Positions 7,740 to 16,126 of a DNA stretch of 24,000 nt are shown here, piece after piece. Location of the stretch: positions 97,533 through 121,532 of the forward strand of contig NZ_JAZETM010000002.1 of the NCBI RefSeq assembly GCF_036864455.1, given 5' to 3'. The notes under the pieces were generated by a model, which was not told the origin of the DNA, searched no databases, and worked only from the letters and a program-made list of their open reading frames with translations. The first letter of the stretch is position 1, and the number at the start of each line of letters is the position of its first letter. This DNA is from Alteromonas sp. P256. Its GTDB lineage: Bacteria > Pseudomonadota > Gammaproteobacteria > Enterobacterales > Alteromonadaceae. The translations under genes were made by a program, and so were the position numbers.

Positions 7740-8543
7740 ATGAAAGACATGCCGCAGTTGGGAATGGGAACATTCCGTTTGGAAGCCGAACAGGCTAGGC
7801 AAGCAGTGAGCGACGCACTTGAAGTAGGGTTTCGCCATATCGATACTGCACAGTTTTACGGTAATGAATCTGAGGTAGGCGATGCTATTCAAACCAGTGG
7901 GTTAAAACGCGCCGACTTTTTCGTTACTACCAAAGTTTGGTATGAATCATTAGGTGAAGACCACTTCATGGCAAGTGTCCATGAAAGTTTAGAAAAGCTA
8001 AAACTTGAATATGTAGATTTACTTCTTATACATTGGCCCTATCCAGGTAATGATATAACCCTTGAAAGTTACTTAAATCGTTTAAAACAAGCGAAAGAAC
8101 TCGGGTTGGCTCGACACATTGGCGTATCTAACTTTACGATAGACCAGATGGACCAAGCAGAGAATATTTTGGGTAAAGGTGAAATTTATACCAACCAAGT
8201 AGAGTTTCACCCCTTCATGCAAAATCACGCAGTGGTAGATGCATGCAGAGAAAGGGGCATTAAGGTAACCGCCTACATGCCATTTGCGGTGGGCAAGGTG
8301 ATGCACGATGATACGCTCACAGCGATTGCTAAGAAATATGATGCTTCGGCTGCTCAAGTAGTTCTATCGTGGATGGAGAAACGCCATATCTATGCAATAC
8401 CTTCATCAACCAGTAAAACACATCTGGCAGAAAACTTAGCTTATGGTGGAGTACAGCTATCTGATGAAGAGCTAGAGGCAATTGATGAACTGGATAATGG
8501 CGAGCGAATTGTCGACCCTGACTTTGCTCCCAAATGGGATTAA
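7740..8543 (+). CDS. dkgB: Aldo/keto reductase, 2,5-diketo-D-gluconate reductase B-like
   Basis: 267 aa, the length of E. coli DkgB. N-terminus MPQLGMGTFRL. AKR catalytic tetrad context HIDTAQFYGNE, TTKVW and LIHWP. Strong SD AGGAGG lies 4 nt upstream of the ATG. Confidence 0.85.
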   Translation: MKDMPQLGMGTFRLEAEQARQAVSDALEVGFRHIDTAQFYGNESEVGDAIQTSGLKRADFFVTTKVWYESLGEDHFMASVHESLEKLKLEYVDLLLIHWPYPGNDITLESYLNRLKQAKELGLARHIGVSNFTIDQMDQAENILGKGEIYTNQVEFHPFMQNHAVVDACRERGIKVTAYMPFAVGKVMHDDTLTAIAKKYDASAAQVVLSWMEKRHIYAIPSSTSKTHLAENLAYGGVQLSDEELEAIDELDNGERIVDPDFAPKWD

Positions 8544-8708
8544 AACAGTAGAGTACTGATTAGGTAGACTAACAAAGCGTTAGTTACAAAAAGACAACGC
8601 AAAATAAAGAGTAGCGATTGGACAGAGCACGTAACAGATTCTGCCTTTCGCTGCTTGCTTTCGCTTTTACAAATAGAAGCAGAAAATCAGCGATTAAAAT
8701 AACAAAGC

Positions 8709-8759
8709 CTCCTAATTTCTCGAAACTTCTAATTCTTCCAAACCTCTAAATTTTCAAAA
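8709..8759. repeat. Three degenerate 17-bp tandem repeats in a convergent intergenic region
   Basis: The units are CTCCTAATTTCTCGAAA, CTTCTAATTCTTCCAAA and CCTCTAAATTTTCAAAA. Confidence 0.5.
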
Positions 8760-8788
8760 GCAATCGACTATATTTTGATGGTTAACCC

Positions 8789-9808
8789 TCATCGGTTAAG
8801 AGACAGTTTTACTCCTGCCAGTAAGCGAGTAACGCCGCCTACATTGTCCACCCTCACAAACCAGTCGGTATTGTGCTGTCTAGACAACACACTGCTAAAT
8901 TCCACAGAGCCACCGTGTCCGGTGCCTAAAAAGTCTTCAGTAAGCTCTACGCGTTCACCAAAACCATCGTCCACATAAGAGTAGTAAGCGAAGTACTCGA
9001 TGGGGTAGGGCAGGCTCACACGTTCTCCAGAGAATTCGCCACTCATACCGGCAACAAATTTATTTGCTGATGCATCAATGCGCTGCACGTTTTCAAAAAA
9101 CAACGTGTTGTCACTGGAATAGTTGAAGCGATATTCAGCGCGCAGGAAATCACCACGTAGCATTCGCTCTATGCTGGCTTCATAGCTGTGCCGTTGACCC
9201 ATTCGTGCTGAGTATTCAACTTCAAAGTAGTTGTCATCGCTGTTTCCTTTGCCAATATCTAACGCATGGTTAGCTTGTTCATTGGCAAGTTGCCCTACAA
9301 CAACTTCTATAGCGCTATTATTGCGAAGAGAACGAACGTGTCGAAAGCCAGTTATCCACCCATCTTTCGATAGCCCTGTAGAAGAAACTCGGCCTTTGTA
9401 CGTAGGTATTATTCCAAATTCTGTTTTTCCGTACTCACTTTCATGACGGGCATAAAGTCGCCTAGCGTAGAGGTAATCGGTGTTGCTACTGCCAATGGTA
9501 TTGTGGCTTGAAGAAAATCCGTCACCAGTTACAACAAAGCTATGCAGCGACCACGCTTTTGATAGCGAAACGGAAGGGTAATAACGAAAGCGATACTGCT
9601 CTCGACTAGGTCTATTCGAGCGATTGTCATAACGCAGCTGAATGTCTAGCTTTTGTGAAAATTTCACTGAATCAGCACTTATGGTGGTATCGGCTGCTGC
9701 ACTTTCCTCACTTGCCGCACTTTCCTCACTTGTTAAAAGGGCAAGCAATACCATCATAACAGCTAGGCTAAAAAGGTTACTGAGCCTATTGAGTAAAGTC
9801 CTATCCAC
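8789..9808 (-). CDS. Putative outer-membrane beta-barrel protein (hypothetical)
   Basis: GTG start with AAGGAA 5 nt upstream. Hydrophobic N-terminal signal LFSLAVMMVLLALL. Most of the length has an alternating aromatic/polar strand-like pattern rich in Y, R, F, G and S. I recognise no family. Confidence 0.5.
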   Translation of the reverse strand: MDRTLLNRLSNLFSLAVMMVLLALLTSEESAASEESAAADTTISADSVKFSQKLDIQLRYDNRSNRPSREQYRFRYYPSVSLSKAWSLHSFVVTGDGFSSSHNTIGSSNTDYLYARRLYARHESEYGKTEFGIIPTYKGRVSSTGLSKDGWITGFRHVRSLRNNSAIEVVVGQLANEQANHALDIGKGNSDDNYFEVEYSARMGQRHSYEASIERMLRGDFLRAEYRFNYSSDNTLFFENVQRIDASANKFVAGMSGEFSGERVSLPYPIEYFAYYSYVDDGFGERVELTEDFLGTGHGGSVEFSSVLSRQHNTDWFVRVDNVGGVTRLLAGVKLSLNR

Positions 9809-9909
9809 ACATGTTCCTTGTCATTAATTGTCATCGATAACACGCAGCGTAGAGGGTGAACCGACGCACTATTACGAATTCTACTGCAGAAAAAAACGTA
9901 TTTTACACG

Positions 9910-10764
9910 TTATTGGGGAAAGAATCGTTGCGCCAAGCTGATTAAGTTACTGTGAATAAGCCAACGATGACCTTTCTGCTCAAATAATGAGATAGAGGCT
10001 GGGTCTGGTAGGCCATAATAATTGGCTTGTGTGTCGTTTTGCGGTATCGAAACTAGCACCACGCCGTCTGCTATACGTTTTGTCGCGGCGATCATGGCAT
10101 CTAAGCCTGCAGGGTAAATGGCAAGCATATTGTCAAAATAGGACCGGTTGTAGTCAGTTTTGATAGGGTGGGTAGACAATATATCGCCCGTATCAATACC
10201 TCCATCTTGTATGCGATGTAACGTGCACCCTATATGAGATTCGTCCCTTAGCATCGCCCAAAATGTTGCCATAATTCCGCGGTACTGTGGCAATAATCCC
10301 GAGTGCAGATTGAGTACTCCGTGTTTGGGCACGTCAAGGGCGGGGGTTTTTAAAATACGGCCAAAGCGCACCGACAATATTAAATCGGGTTGGCAGCGCT
10401 CTAATATAGAAAGGCCGTTACCTTTGTTAATCTCTGACACGGGATGGATGTCGACACCACGCTGTTGCATGGCGTCGAATGTGAGAAGTCTCGGTGTTTC
10501 ATCGCCTTTTTTTTCACAAGTTTCTTTTACACAAACTTCTTTGCCAGAAGCTTTTTGCCCAGAGATTAGCGCAGGAAAGAGAATTTCAGTGAATAGTGTG
10601 TTTTCGTAGAAGGACAACGCCTCAAGCGCTTTAGGCCGATGGTTCTTGCCACCTACCTGCGCAGTCATTAGCACACTAAAATGATGTTCGGGTAGGGCCG
10701 TGACAAGACGATTTGCGGCCAAATTACTAGCAATATCTAAGTTGCAAAGAAGTGTAATGCGCAT
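9910..10764 (-). CDS. Formyltransferase-family protein (stand-alone Formyl_trans_N-like)
   Basis: Formyltransferase catalytic motif HGVLNLHSGLLPQYRG, and a downstream Asp context GIDTGDIL. ATG with AAAGGA upstream. It contains a K/E/C-rich insert GQKASGKEVCVKETCEKKGDE. Confidence 0.75.
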   Translation of the reverse strand: MRITLLCNLDIASNLAANRLVTALPEHHFSVLMTAQVGGKNHRPKALEALSFYENTLFTEILFPALISGQKASGKEVCVKETCEKKGDETPRLLTFDAMQQRGVDIHPVSEINKGNGLSILERCQPDLILSVRFGRILKTPALDVPKHGVLNLHSGLLPQYRGIMATFWAMLRDESHIGCTLHRIQDGGIDTGDILSTHPIKTDYNRSYFDNMLAIYPAGLDAMIAATKRIADGVVLVSIPQNDTQANYYGLPDPASISLFEQKGHRWLIHSNLISLAQRFFPQ

Positions 10765-10821
10765 AATCGTCCTTTCAAAACGGCTTCAATAAAGTGTTTT
10801 AACTAGGGCGGGGGACCGATA

Positions 10822-11241
10822 CTACACCGCTAATCTCATTCCCAGCAACACCAACATAATCACGTTAGCAATAATACCGATTAAAAAGAAGTAGCTTCTT
10901 GGGCTTGGGTTCTTTTCGGTGGCAATGGCATAGTAAAGCGCCATGTGAATGACTCTCGCGATAACATAGACCCATACACAAAGCGCAAAAACTGGGCTTT
11001 GATAATTAATAACAAAGGCAAATAACACGGTACCTATAAATAAAGCACTGTTTTCAAGCGTATTGTGAAACGTGCGATGCGCTCTAAAGACAAAGCTATC
11101 ATGTGATAAATCGTCATCTATTTTGCCTGGGACTGCATGGGGTTGTTTCGCTTTGCTCACCGTTGCAACGCCCCACTGCACGAGTAAAAGCAATAAATAC
11201 AAATAGAAGGCGAAGTAAACTGAAAATGTGATATCTGTCAT
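10822..11241 (-). CDS. MAPEG-family membrane protein
   Basis: MAPEG-like motif FRAHRTFHNTLENSALF and 3-4 hydrophobic helices. I prefer ATG 11241 (AAGGA upstream) to the ORF-track start at 11286. Confidence 0.72.
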   Translation of the reverse strand: MTDITFSVYFAFYLYLLLLLVQWGVATVSKAKQPHAVPGKIDDDLSHDSFVFRAHRTFHNTLENSALFIGTVLFAFVINYQSPVFALCVWVYVIARVIHMALYYAIATEKNPSPRSYFFLIGIIANVIMLVLLGMRLAV

Positions 11242-11336
11242 GGATAAATCCTTTACTGAGTTTTCCGTGTTTTGCGATAGTCGCAACCCTTATAAGGTGA
11301 TTAAAAATAACGCTGTAAAAAACAGGTTATGGAAAG

Positions 11337-11426
11337 CACTTTGCAAAAAACACTGGGCAAAAAACACTGGGCAAAAAGCACTGTGTCAAAAGCACTGTGT
11401 CAAAAGCACTGTGCAAAAAGCACGCC
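11337..11426. repeat. Perfectly phased 14-bp tandem repeat array, about 6.4 copies
   Basis: The CACT cores at 11337, 11351, 11365, 11379, 11393 and 11407, plus CACG at 11421, are exactly 14 bp apart. The units are CACTTTGCAAAAAA, CACTGGGCAAAAAA, CACTGGGCAAAAAG, CACTGTGTCAAAAG (twice) and CACTGTGCAAAAAG. Confidence 0.92.
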
Positions 11427-11808
11427 TCTATTATTAGCAGCGCTTTACTCGCTTAAAGCGCAAAATCAACGAAGGCCGCTGTAATATATTCCAAATTACT
11501 TATAAAAATTACACGGGAATTCCGGAATTATCTCCGTCGCATCAAGGATATATGACGCTTCTCACTTGTAATAACCTCGTCGTGAAAGGGAAAATGAACG
11601 ACTATCAAAGGAGTCCTCTGAGTGAGTATTAAGGCTTGGCTGAAAGCTAAATGTATAGTGAGTAACAATAGCGAATAGCTGAATGTGACAATCGCTAAAT
11701 AAACGGCAGCAGAACATGGCTTAAATCTTGTAGGCTTTTAAGTATGTAGCAGATAATAAAACGCTCAGTAAACGTCGCGGTGAGAATAACTAGGATTCGT
11801 AAAAAACA

Positions 11809-12786
11809 ATGCAATTAATTTATGTTGACGATAATTTACCCGGCATATCTCGAAAGCCAAAGGGCAAGCAATGGCAGTATTTCGATCCTATCGGAAAATC
11901 CATACAAGATGCAGATGTTATTGATAGGCTAAATGGCTTAGCGTTTCCGCCAGCCTATAAAAATGCGTGGTTCTGCCCTGAAGAAAACGGCCATATTCTA
12001 GCGACTGGGTTTGATAGCAAAGGGCGCAAGCAGTACCGTTATCATCCGGAATTCAGAGCTCAGCAGGAGGCAAAAAAGTATGAGGCCTGCGGTGTTTTCG
12101 GTAATAAGTTACCGCTTCTTAGAGCGCAATTGGAATCTGACTTACAAGGTGACGAGCTTACTGTTCAGCGCACGTTGGCTGCGGTGGTCAGGCTAATGGA
12201 TTTAGGCGCCTTGAGAATTGGCAACGAACGCAACGTTAAGCAAAATAAAAGCTACGGTGCCACAACGCTTCGCACTCGACACGCAAAACTTACCGGTAAA
12301 ACCATTCAGCTGAACTACCGTGCTAAGTCGGGAAAGGAGCGAGAAGTCAATATCACCGACAGAGTGCTTAGCCATGTAATTAAAGAGCTGCAGGATTTGC
12401 CAGGTCAACACCTCTTTCAATATGTAAGCGATGGAGAGCGTACTAATGTGACCTCAGGTGATGTCAATCAGTATATTCAAGGGGTCATGGGTGAATCGTT
12501 TAGTGCCAAGCACTTTAGAACGTGGCGAGCCAGTGTGATTGCATTTGAAGAACTGGCTTATGCAACAGGCGAACTTACTCTTAAAAGCACGCTTGGTACG
12601 GTGTCTTCTCAACTTGGTAACACGCCAGCCATTGCTCGTAAATCTTATGTGCACCCAGAGTTAATTGCATTGTGTAAAGAAGATGGGGCAACTCAAGAGG
12701 CATGGAGAAAGTCTTTAACACTACCGAGAAAAACGAAATATTTAAGCCGCGCAGAGCGAGGCTTTTTAGCATTCTTGGAGCGCTAG
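11809..12786 (+). CDS. DNA topoisomerase IB (bacterial poxvirus-type)
   Basis: N-terminus DNLPGISRK. Motifs YRYHP, LRIGNE, GATTLR and AKHFRTWRAS. Active-site tyrosine context GNTPAIARKSYVHPE (SKxxY-like). Confidence 0.87.
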   Translation: MQLIYVDDNLPGISRKPKGKQWQYFDPIGKSIQDADVIDRLNGLAFPPAYKNAWFCPEENGHILATGFDSKGRKQYRYHPEFRAQQEAKKYEACGVFGNKLPLLRAQLESDLQGDELTVQRTLAAVVRLMDLGALRIGNERNVKQNKSYGATTLRTRHAKLTGKTIQLNYRAKSGKEREVNITDRVLSHVIKELQDLPGQHLFQYVSDGERTNVTSGDVNQYIQGVMGESFSAKHFRTWRASVIAFEELAYATGELTLKSTLGTVSSQLGNTPAIARKSYVHPELIALCKEDGATQEAWRKSLTLPRKTKYLSRAERGFLAFLER

Positions 12787-12935
12787 CTATACAGCGTTAA
12801 GCATAAAGGTAAAAACGCCGTAGGTATTGCTACGCTAAGTGACCTATCTTAAGCAATTGATATAGCCCGCTGGATCCAAAAAACTGATCCGCGATTAAAC
12901 CCCCTCCATTCAGATAAAAATTCGCACACCAAAGG

Positions 12936-13487
12936 TTAACATGGCCTAATAACGCGGGCAGGGTTTCCGCCAATGATCACATTATCACCAAAGGATTTGG
13001 TTACTACAGCACCCGATGCAACCACCACATTATTACCAAGCTTCACACCAGGGTTTATTACGGCCATTCCACCTACCCAGCAATTGTCGCCAAGCGTGAT
13101 TGGTTTTGCGAATTCAATGCCGGTGGCACGCTGCACGGGATCTATTGGATGTGTGGCGGTATATAAACCAACTTGTGGTGCCAACATGCAGTTATCACCA
13201 ATGGTGACCTTGGCGGCGTCTAAAATAACGCAATTGAAATTGGCATAAAAGTTCTCACCCACAACAATGTTTTCACCATAGTCACATTTAAACGTAGACT
13301 CGATGTACAGGCGTTTTCCCGTTTCGGCGAACAGAGATTTAAGTAACTGTGTGCGCTTTTTATGTTCAGTCTGACATATACTATTGAGAATATCTAACTG
13401 CTTACGGCAGTCTTTACGACGTGCCGTAAGGTGTTTATCTGAAGGGAAATAAAGCTCGCCTGCGAGCATTTTTTCATGTTCGGTCAT
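12936..13487 (-). CDS. maa: Maltose/galactoside O-acetyltransferase (hexapeptide-repeat)
   Basis: 183 aa, the length of E. coli Maa. N-terminal Mac domain EKMLAGELYFPSD. Left-handed beta-helix hexapeptide repeats, e.g. IGDNCWVGGMAVINPGVKLGNNVVVASGAVV. Confidence 0.87.
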   Translation of the reverse strand: MTEHEKMLAGELYFPSDKHLTARRKDCRKQLDILNSICQTEHKKRTQLLKSLFAETGKRLYIESTFKCDYGENIVVGENFYANFNCVILDAAKVTIGDNCMLAPQVGLYTATHPIDPVQRATGIEFAKPITLGDNCWVGGMAVINPGVKLGNNVVVASGAVVTKSFGDNVIIGGNPARVIRPC

Positions 13488-13527
13488 GTAAATTTAGTGC
13501 CTATTCGGTAAACAATACGGTAAACGA

Positions 13528-14199
13528 TTATTTCGCGTCGGCGTAGCTTACAATAACCTTTCCTTTGATGTCTTTATTTTCAATCTTGAGATCAACTGGT
13601 CGCTCTAATATTACAGACCCGTGCAATGTCACATTAGACCCTATGGTAAGGGTGGGCATGTGGTCATCCTCGTCTATCCATTTGCTGTCGCTACTTTTAT
13701 AAACGATGTTGCCGAAAATAACGCTGTCGCCTTCAATATCAATGTCGCCATTAACAGTAGCTAGGTCTTTTTCGATTGTTACGTCGGTAATATGAATGTC
13801 GCCATTTACCGTTTCTATATTCCCGCCTATTTCACCATGAGAATCAAACGATATGTCGCCATTCACCGTTTCTACATCTTGCGTTACAGTGACATGAGAT
13901 GCAGCGAAAATATCACCGTTTACAACATCAATTCTTCTCGCTGTTACGTGACTTTGCATGTCTAAATTGCCGTTTACTATGCTGATGTCCTCGGCACTGC
14001 CGTGATCATCAATATCCACGTTACCATTGATTGATGAAATATCACCGGCATGCTTACCGCTTTTTATATCAACGTTGCCAAGCATAGTACTCACGTCGTT
14101 TCCATCCATAGCGCTAGCGTTACCCACATGAATAACACAGCCGCTTAATAACGCTGTACTGACTACAATCATGGCACCAGCGATAGAAGACTTTTTCAT
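13528..14199 (-). CDS. Lipoprotein with a repeated (V/I)NG(D/N)(I/V/L)D motif; predicted beta-helical (DUF4097/GIN-domain-like)
   Basis: Lipobox LLSGC. There are at least 8 copies of the VNGDI/INGNV motif at roughly 17-22 aa spacing. The nucleotide level shows recurring gtcgccatt(t/c)accgtttc. Confidence 0.6.
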   Translation of the reverse strand: MKKSSIAGAMIVVSTALLSGCVIHVGNASAMDGNDVSTMLGNVDIKSGKHAGDISSINGNVDIDDHGSAEDISIVNGNLDMQSHVTARRIDVVNGDIFAASHVTVTQDVETVNGDISFDSHGEIGGNIETVNGDIHITDVTIEKDLATVNGDIDIEGDSVIFGNIVYKSSDSKWIDEDDHMPTLTIGSNVTLHGSVILERPVDLKIENKDIKGKVIVSYADAK

Positions 14200-14820
14200 T
14201 TTCGTTCCTTTGAGAATCTATAATTTTATATTGAAGCGAGAAAACTAGTGGCGTAACGCAGTACATGATTACGTAAGTAGTACGTCTTTATTCTCTCACT
14301 ATGACTTAAATGTTGCTTAGCAGGTATTTAGCCAGTATGTAAATTAGCTAGCAGTTACCTCGTAGTATGTTGTTATCATGTACCGTGCCAAGTATTAAAA
14401 GCTATAAAAAACAAACATTTATTGAATTTCGGGCTGCTGGCTAGTACATTTTTTTCGTGGGTTTCATTATTAAGTTACTGAAAAAGCGAAATAATGATTT
14501 TTTTCGCTATTTGTGGTGATTATGTGTGCAGCAGAAGATGTGCGCTAATTCAAAGTTTAAGTACAAAGCTGAGCAGAACGTTCACATAAGGTATTACATA
14601 AAGTAAGCAGCCGAGTTGCACTGTGATGCGCTCAAACAGCGGCGTTGTGTTACGGCTAAGCAAGTAGATGTACTTAAAGCCTTTGTTTGCTGATAATGGG
14701 TCTGTAGTTTGCATAGTGGGTAGGAAAAAAGTCGAAGCAGAGAAAAAGATAGTGTGCGTTCAGGCTATTTCAATCATTGGGCCTTCTACACGGTTAGCAT
14801 TTTTATTTAAAGGAAATAGC

Positions 14821-16107
14821 ATGCAAGATAAGCAGTATCAGCTACACAGAGCTAAGCGTCAGGCGCTGGCATGTTTACTGTTTGCGGCGGGTGTTTTTGT
14901 GATCACTATCCTCATTCAAAAATATCAGCCTGATATTGCTCATACTTGGTGGCTAGGGCTTATCAAAATGGCAAGTGAAGCAGCCTTAGTCGGCGGGCTA
15001 GCCGATTGGTTTGCGGTCACTGCGTTGTTCAAACCTATTCCTTCATCTTATCCAATTCCTCATACCAACATAGTGGCGAATAATAAAAACGCTATTGCCA
15101 ATAACCTTTCTGAATTCGTAAAGGAAAAGTTTTTTAATCCCCAAGCAATTGAAAAGCTTATAAGCGACAGTAACCCTGCGCAAGGTGCTGGCCGGTGGCT
15201 AGAAACCCCACAGAATGCGCAAAAGCTAAGCCGTTTTTTATGTGATGCGCTAAGCGGAATGTTAAGAATATTAGACGATAAACCGGTAAAAGCCTTTATT
15301 GCTAAAACGGTAGAGAAAGGGTTGAAAAATCTCGATTTAAACCAGTTAATCGCTACCTCACTAGGAGCAGTAACCAAAGAGCGCCAACACCAAGTTATGC
15401 TCGACAGGCTTCTCGGTAAATTAGCAGGATTACTCAGTCAACCAGATACGCAAGAATACATTGCCGATACGCTAGTGATATGGCTTAAGACTGAATACAG
15501 CAGACTTGAGAAGATTTTACCTTCTAGTTGGATAAGCGAGCAGGGCGCGTTAATAGCGGTAAAGGCTGTATCATCTATTTTAGAAGATATTTATCAAGAC
15601 GAAGATCATCCAATAAGGCATGCATTTGACGAGCAGGTTAATGAGTTTTTACACGACCTACAGCACAGCCCTGGTATGGAGCAAAAAGTAAACGGATTCA
15701 GAGAAAAAGTTATTAACGATCCTGCGCTAAAGAATTATCTTCACAACTCGTGGCAACGATTTAACTTATGGCTGTTAAAATCCCTTGAAGAAAATGAGGG
15801 AAAAGCAGAGCAAAAGGTCGCGGGATTATTACAGGATTTAGGGGCTTCTTTGCGAAACGATAGTCAATTATCCCATTCATTCAATCAGCATATCGGTGAG
15901 GCTGCAAAATACATGGCGCCTGAGTTAGCCGAGTTTCTTACTCGGCACATTAGAGACACGATAAATAGTTGGGATGAAGAAGACATGGCAGAGCAAGTAG
16001 AGTTGAATATAGGTAGAGACCTTCAAAAAGTGCGTATTAATGGCACTATTGTGGGTGGGGGAATTGGCGCAATACTGTTTGGCATAGAGATGCTTATTGG
16101 TTTGTGA
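14821..16107 (+). CDS. DUF445-family membrane protein (YjiN-like)
   Basis: From ATG 14821 (AAGGAA upstream) the protein is 428 aa. Motif GGLADWFAVTALFKPIP..HTNIV is typical of DUF445. There is a C-terminal TM helix GGGIGAILFGIEMLIGL. The 51-codon upstream extension is rejected. Confidence 0.75.
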   Translation: MQDKQYQLHRAKRQALACLLFAAGVFVITILIQKYQPDIAHTWWLGLIKMASEAALVGGLADWFAVTALFKPIPSSYPIPHTNIVANNKNAIANNLSEFVKEKFFNPQAIEKLISDSNPAQGAGRWLETPQNAQKLSRFLCDALSGMLRILDDKPVKAFIAKTVEKGLKNLDLNQLIATSLGAVTKERQHQVMLDRLLGKLAGLLSQPDTQEYIADTLVIWLKTEYSRLEKILPSSWISEQGALIAVKAVSSILEDIYQDEDHPIRHAFDEQVNEFLHDLQHSPGMEQKVNGFREKVINDPALKNYLHNSWQRFNLWLLKSLEENEGKAEQKVAGLLQDLGASLRNDSQLSHSFNQHIGEAAKYMAPELAEFLTRHIRDTINSWDEEDMAEQVELNIGRDLQKVRINGTIVGGGIGAILFGIEMLIGL

Positions 16108-16126
16108 GAGTCGCTCGATACGCAAT

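Noticed and set aside
7474-7773. 100-codon N-terminal extension of the second spondin-like ORF, overlapping the dkgB-like start
   Set aside because: The extension has no SD, and its sequence is Cys/Phe-rich nonsense. ATG 7473 has GAGGAA at ideal spacing and yields a canonical signal peptide.
11337-11426. CRISPR-like or promoter interpretation of the 14-bp array
   Set aside because: - The repeats are contiguous with no spacers, are far too short for CRISPR, and have no cas genes nearby.
- The minus strand of units 4-5 reads TTGACA, but no -10-like hexamer lies 17 bp downstream (TGTTTT and TGCTTT).
11228-11437. 69-aa + strand ORF spanning the 14-bp repeat array
   Set aside because: Its repetitive K/A/Q/C sequence is just the translated tandem repeat. 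It has no SD and overlaps the MAPEG 5' end.
11552-11632. 26-codon small ORF (MTLLTCNNLVVKGKMNDYQRSPLSEY) with AAGGA 3 nt upstream
   Set aside because: The SD spacing is too short, and there is no conservation or motif evidence available. It cannot be supported from sequence alone.
12011-12772. Small ORFs inside or antisense to the topoisomerase IB gene (12011-12196 +, and 12202-12420, 12454-12654 and 12581-12772 on the minus strand)
   Set aside because: They are nested in a gene with a complete set of TopIB catalytic motifs. Their products have no motifs or start signals.
14668-14820. 51-codon upstream extension of the DUF445 ORF
   Set aside because: There is no SD at 14668. ATG 14821 follows AAGGAA and gives a 428-aa protein, the length typical of YjiN-like DUF445 proteins.
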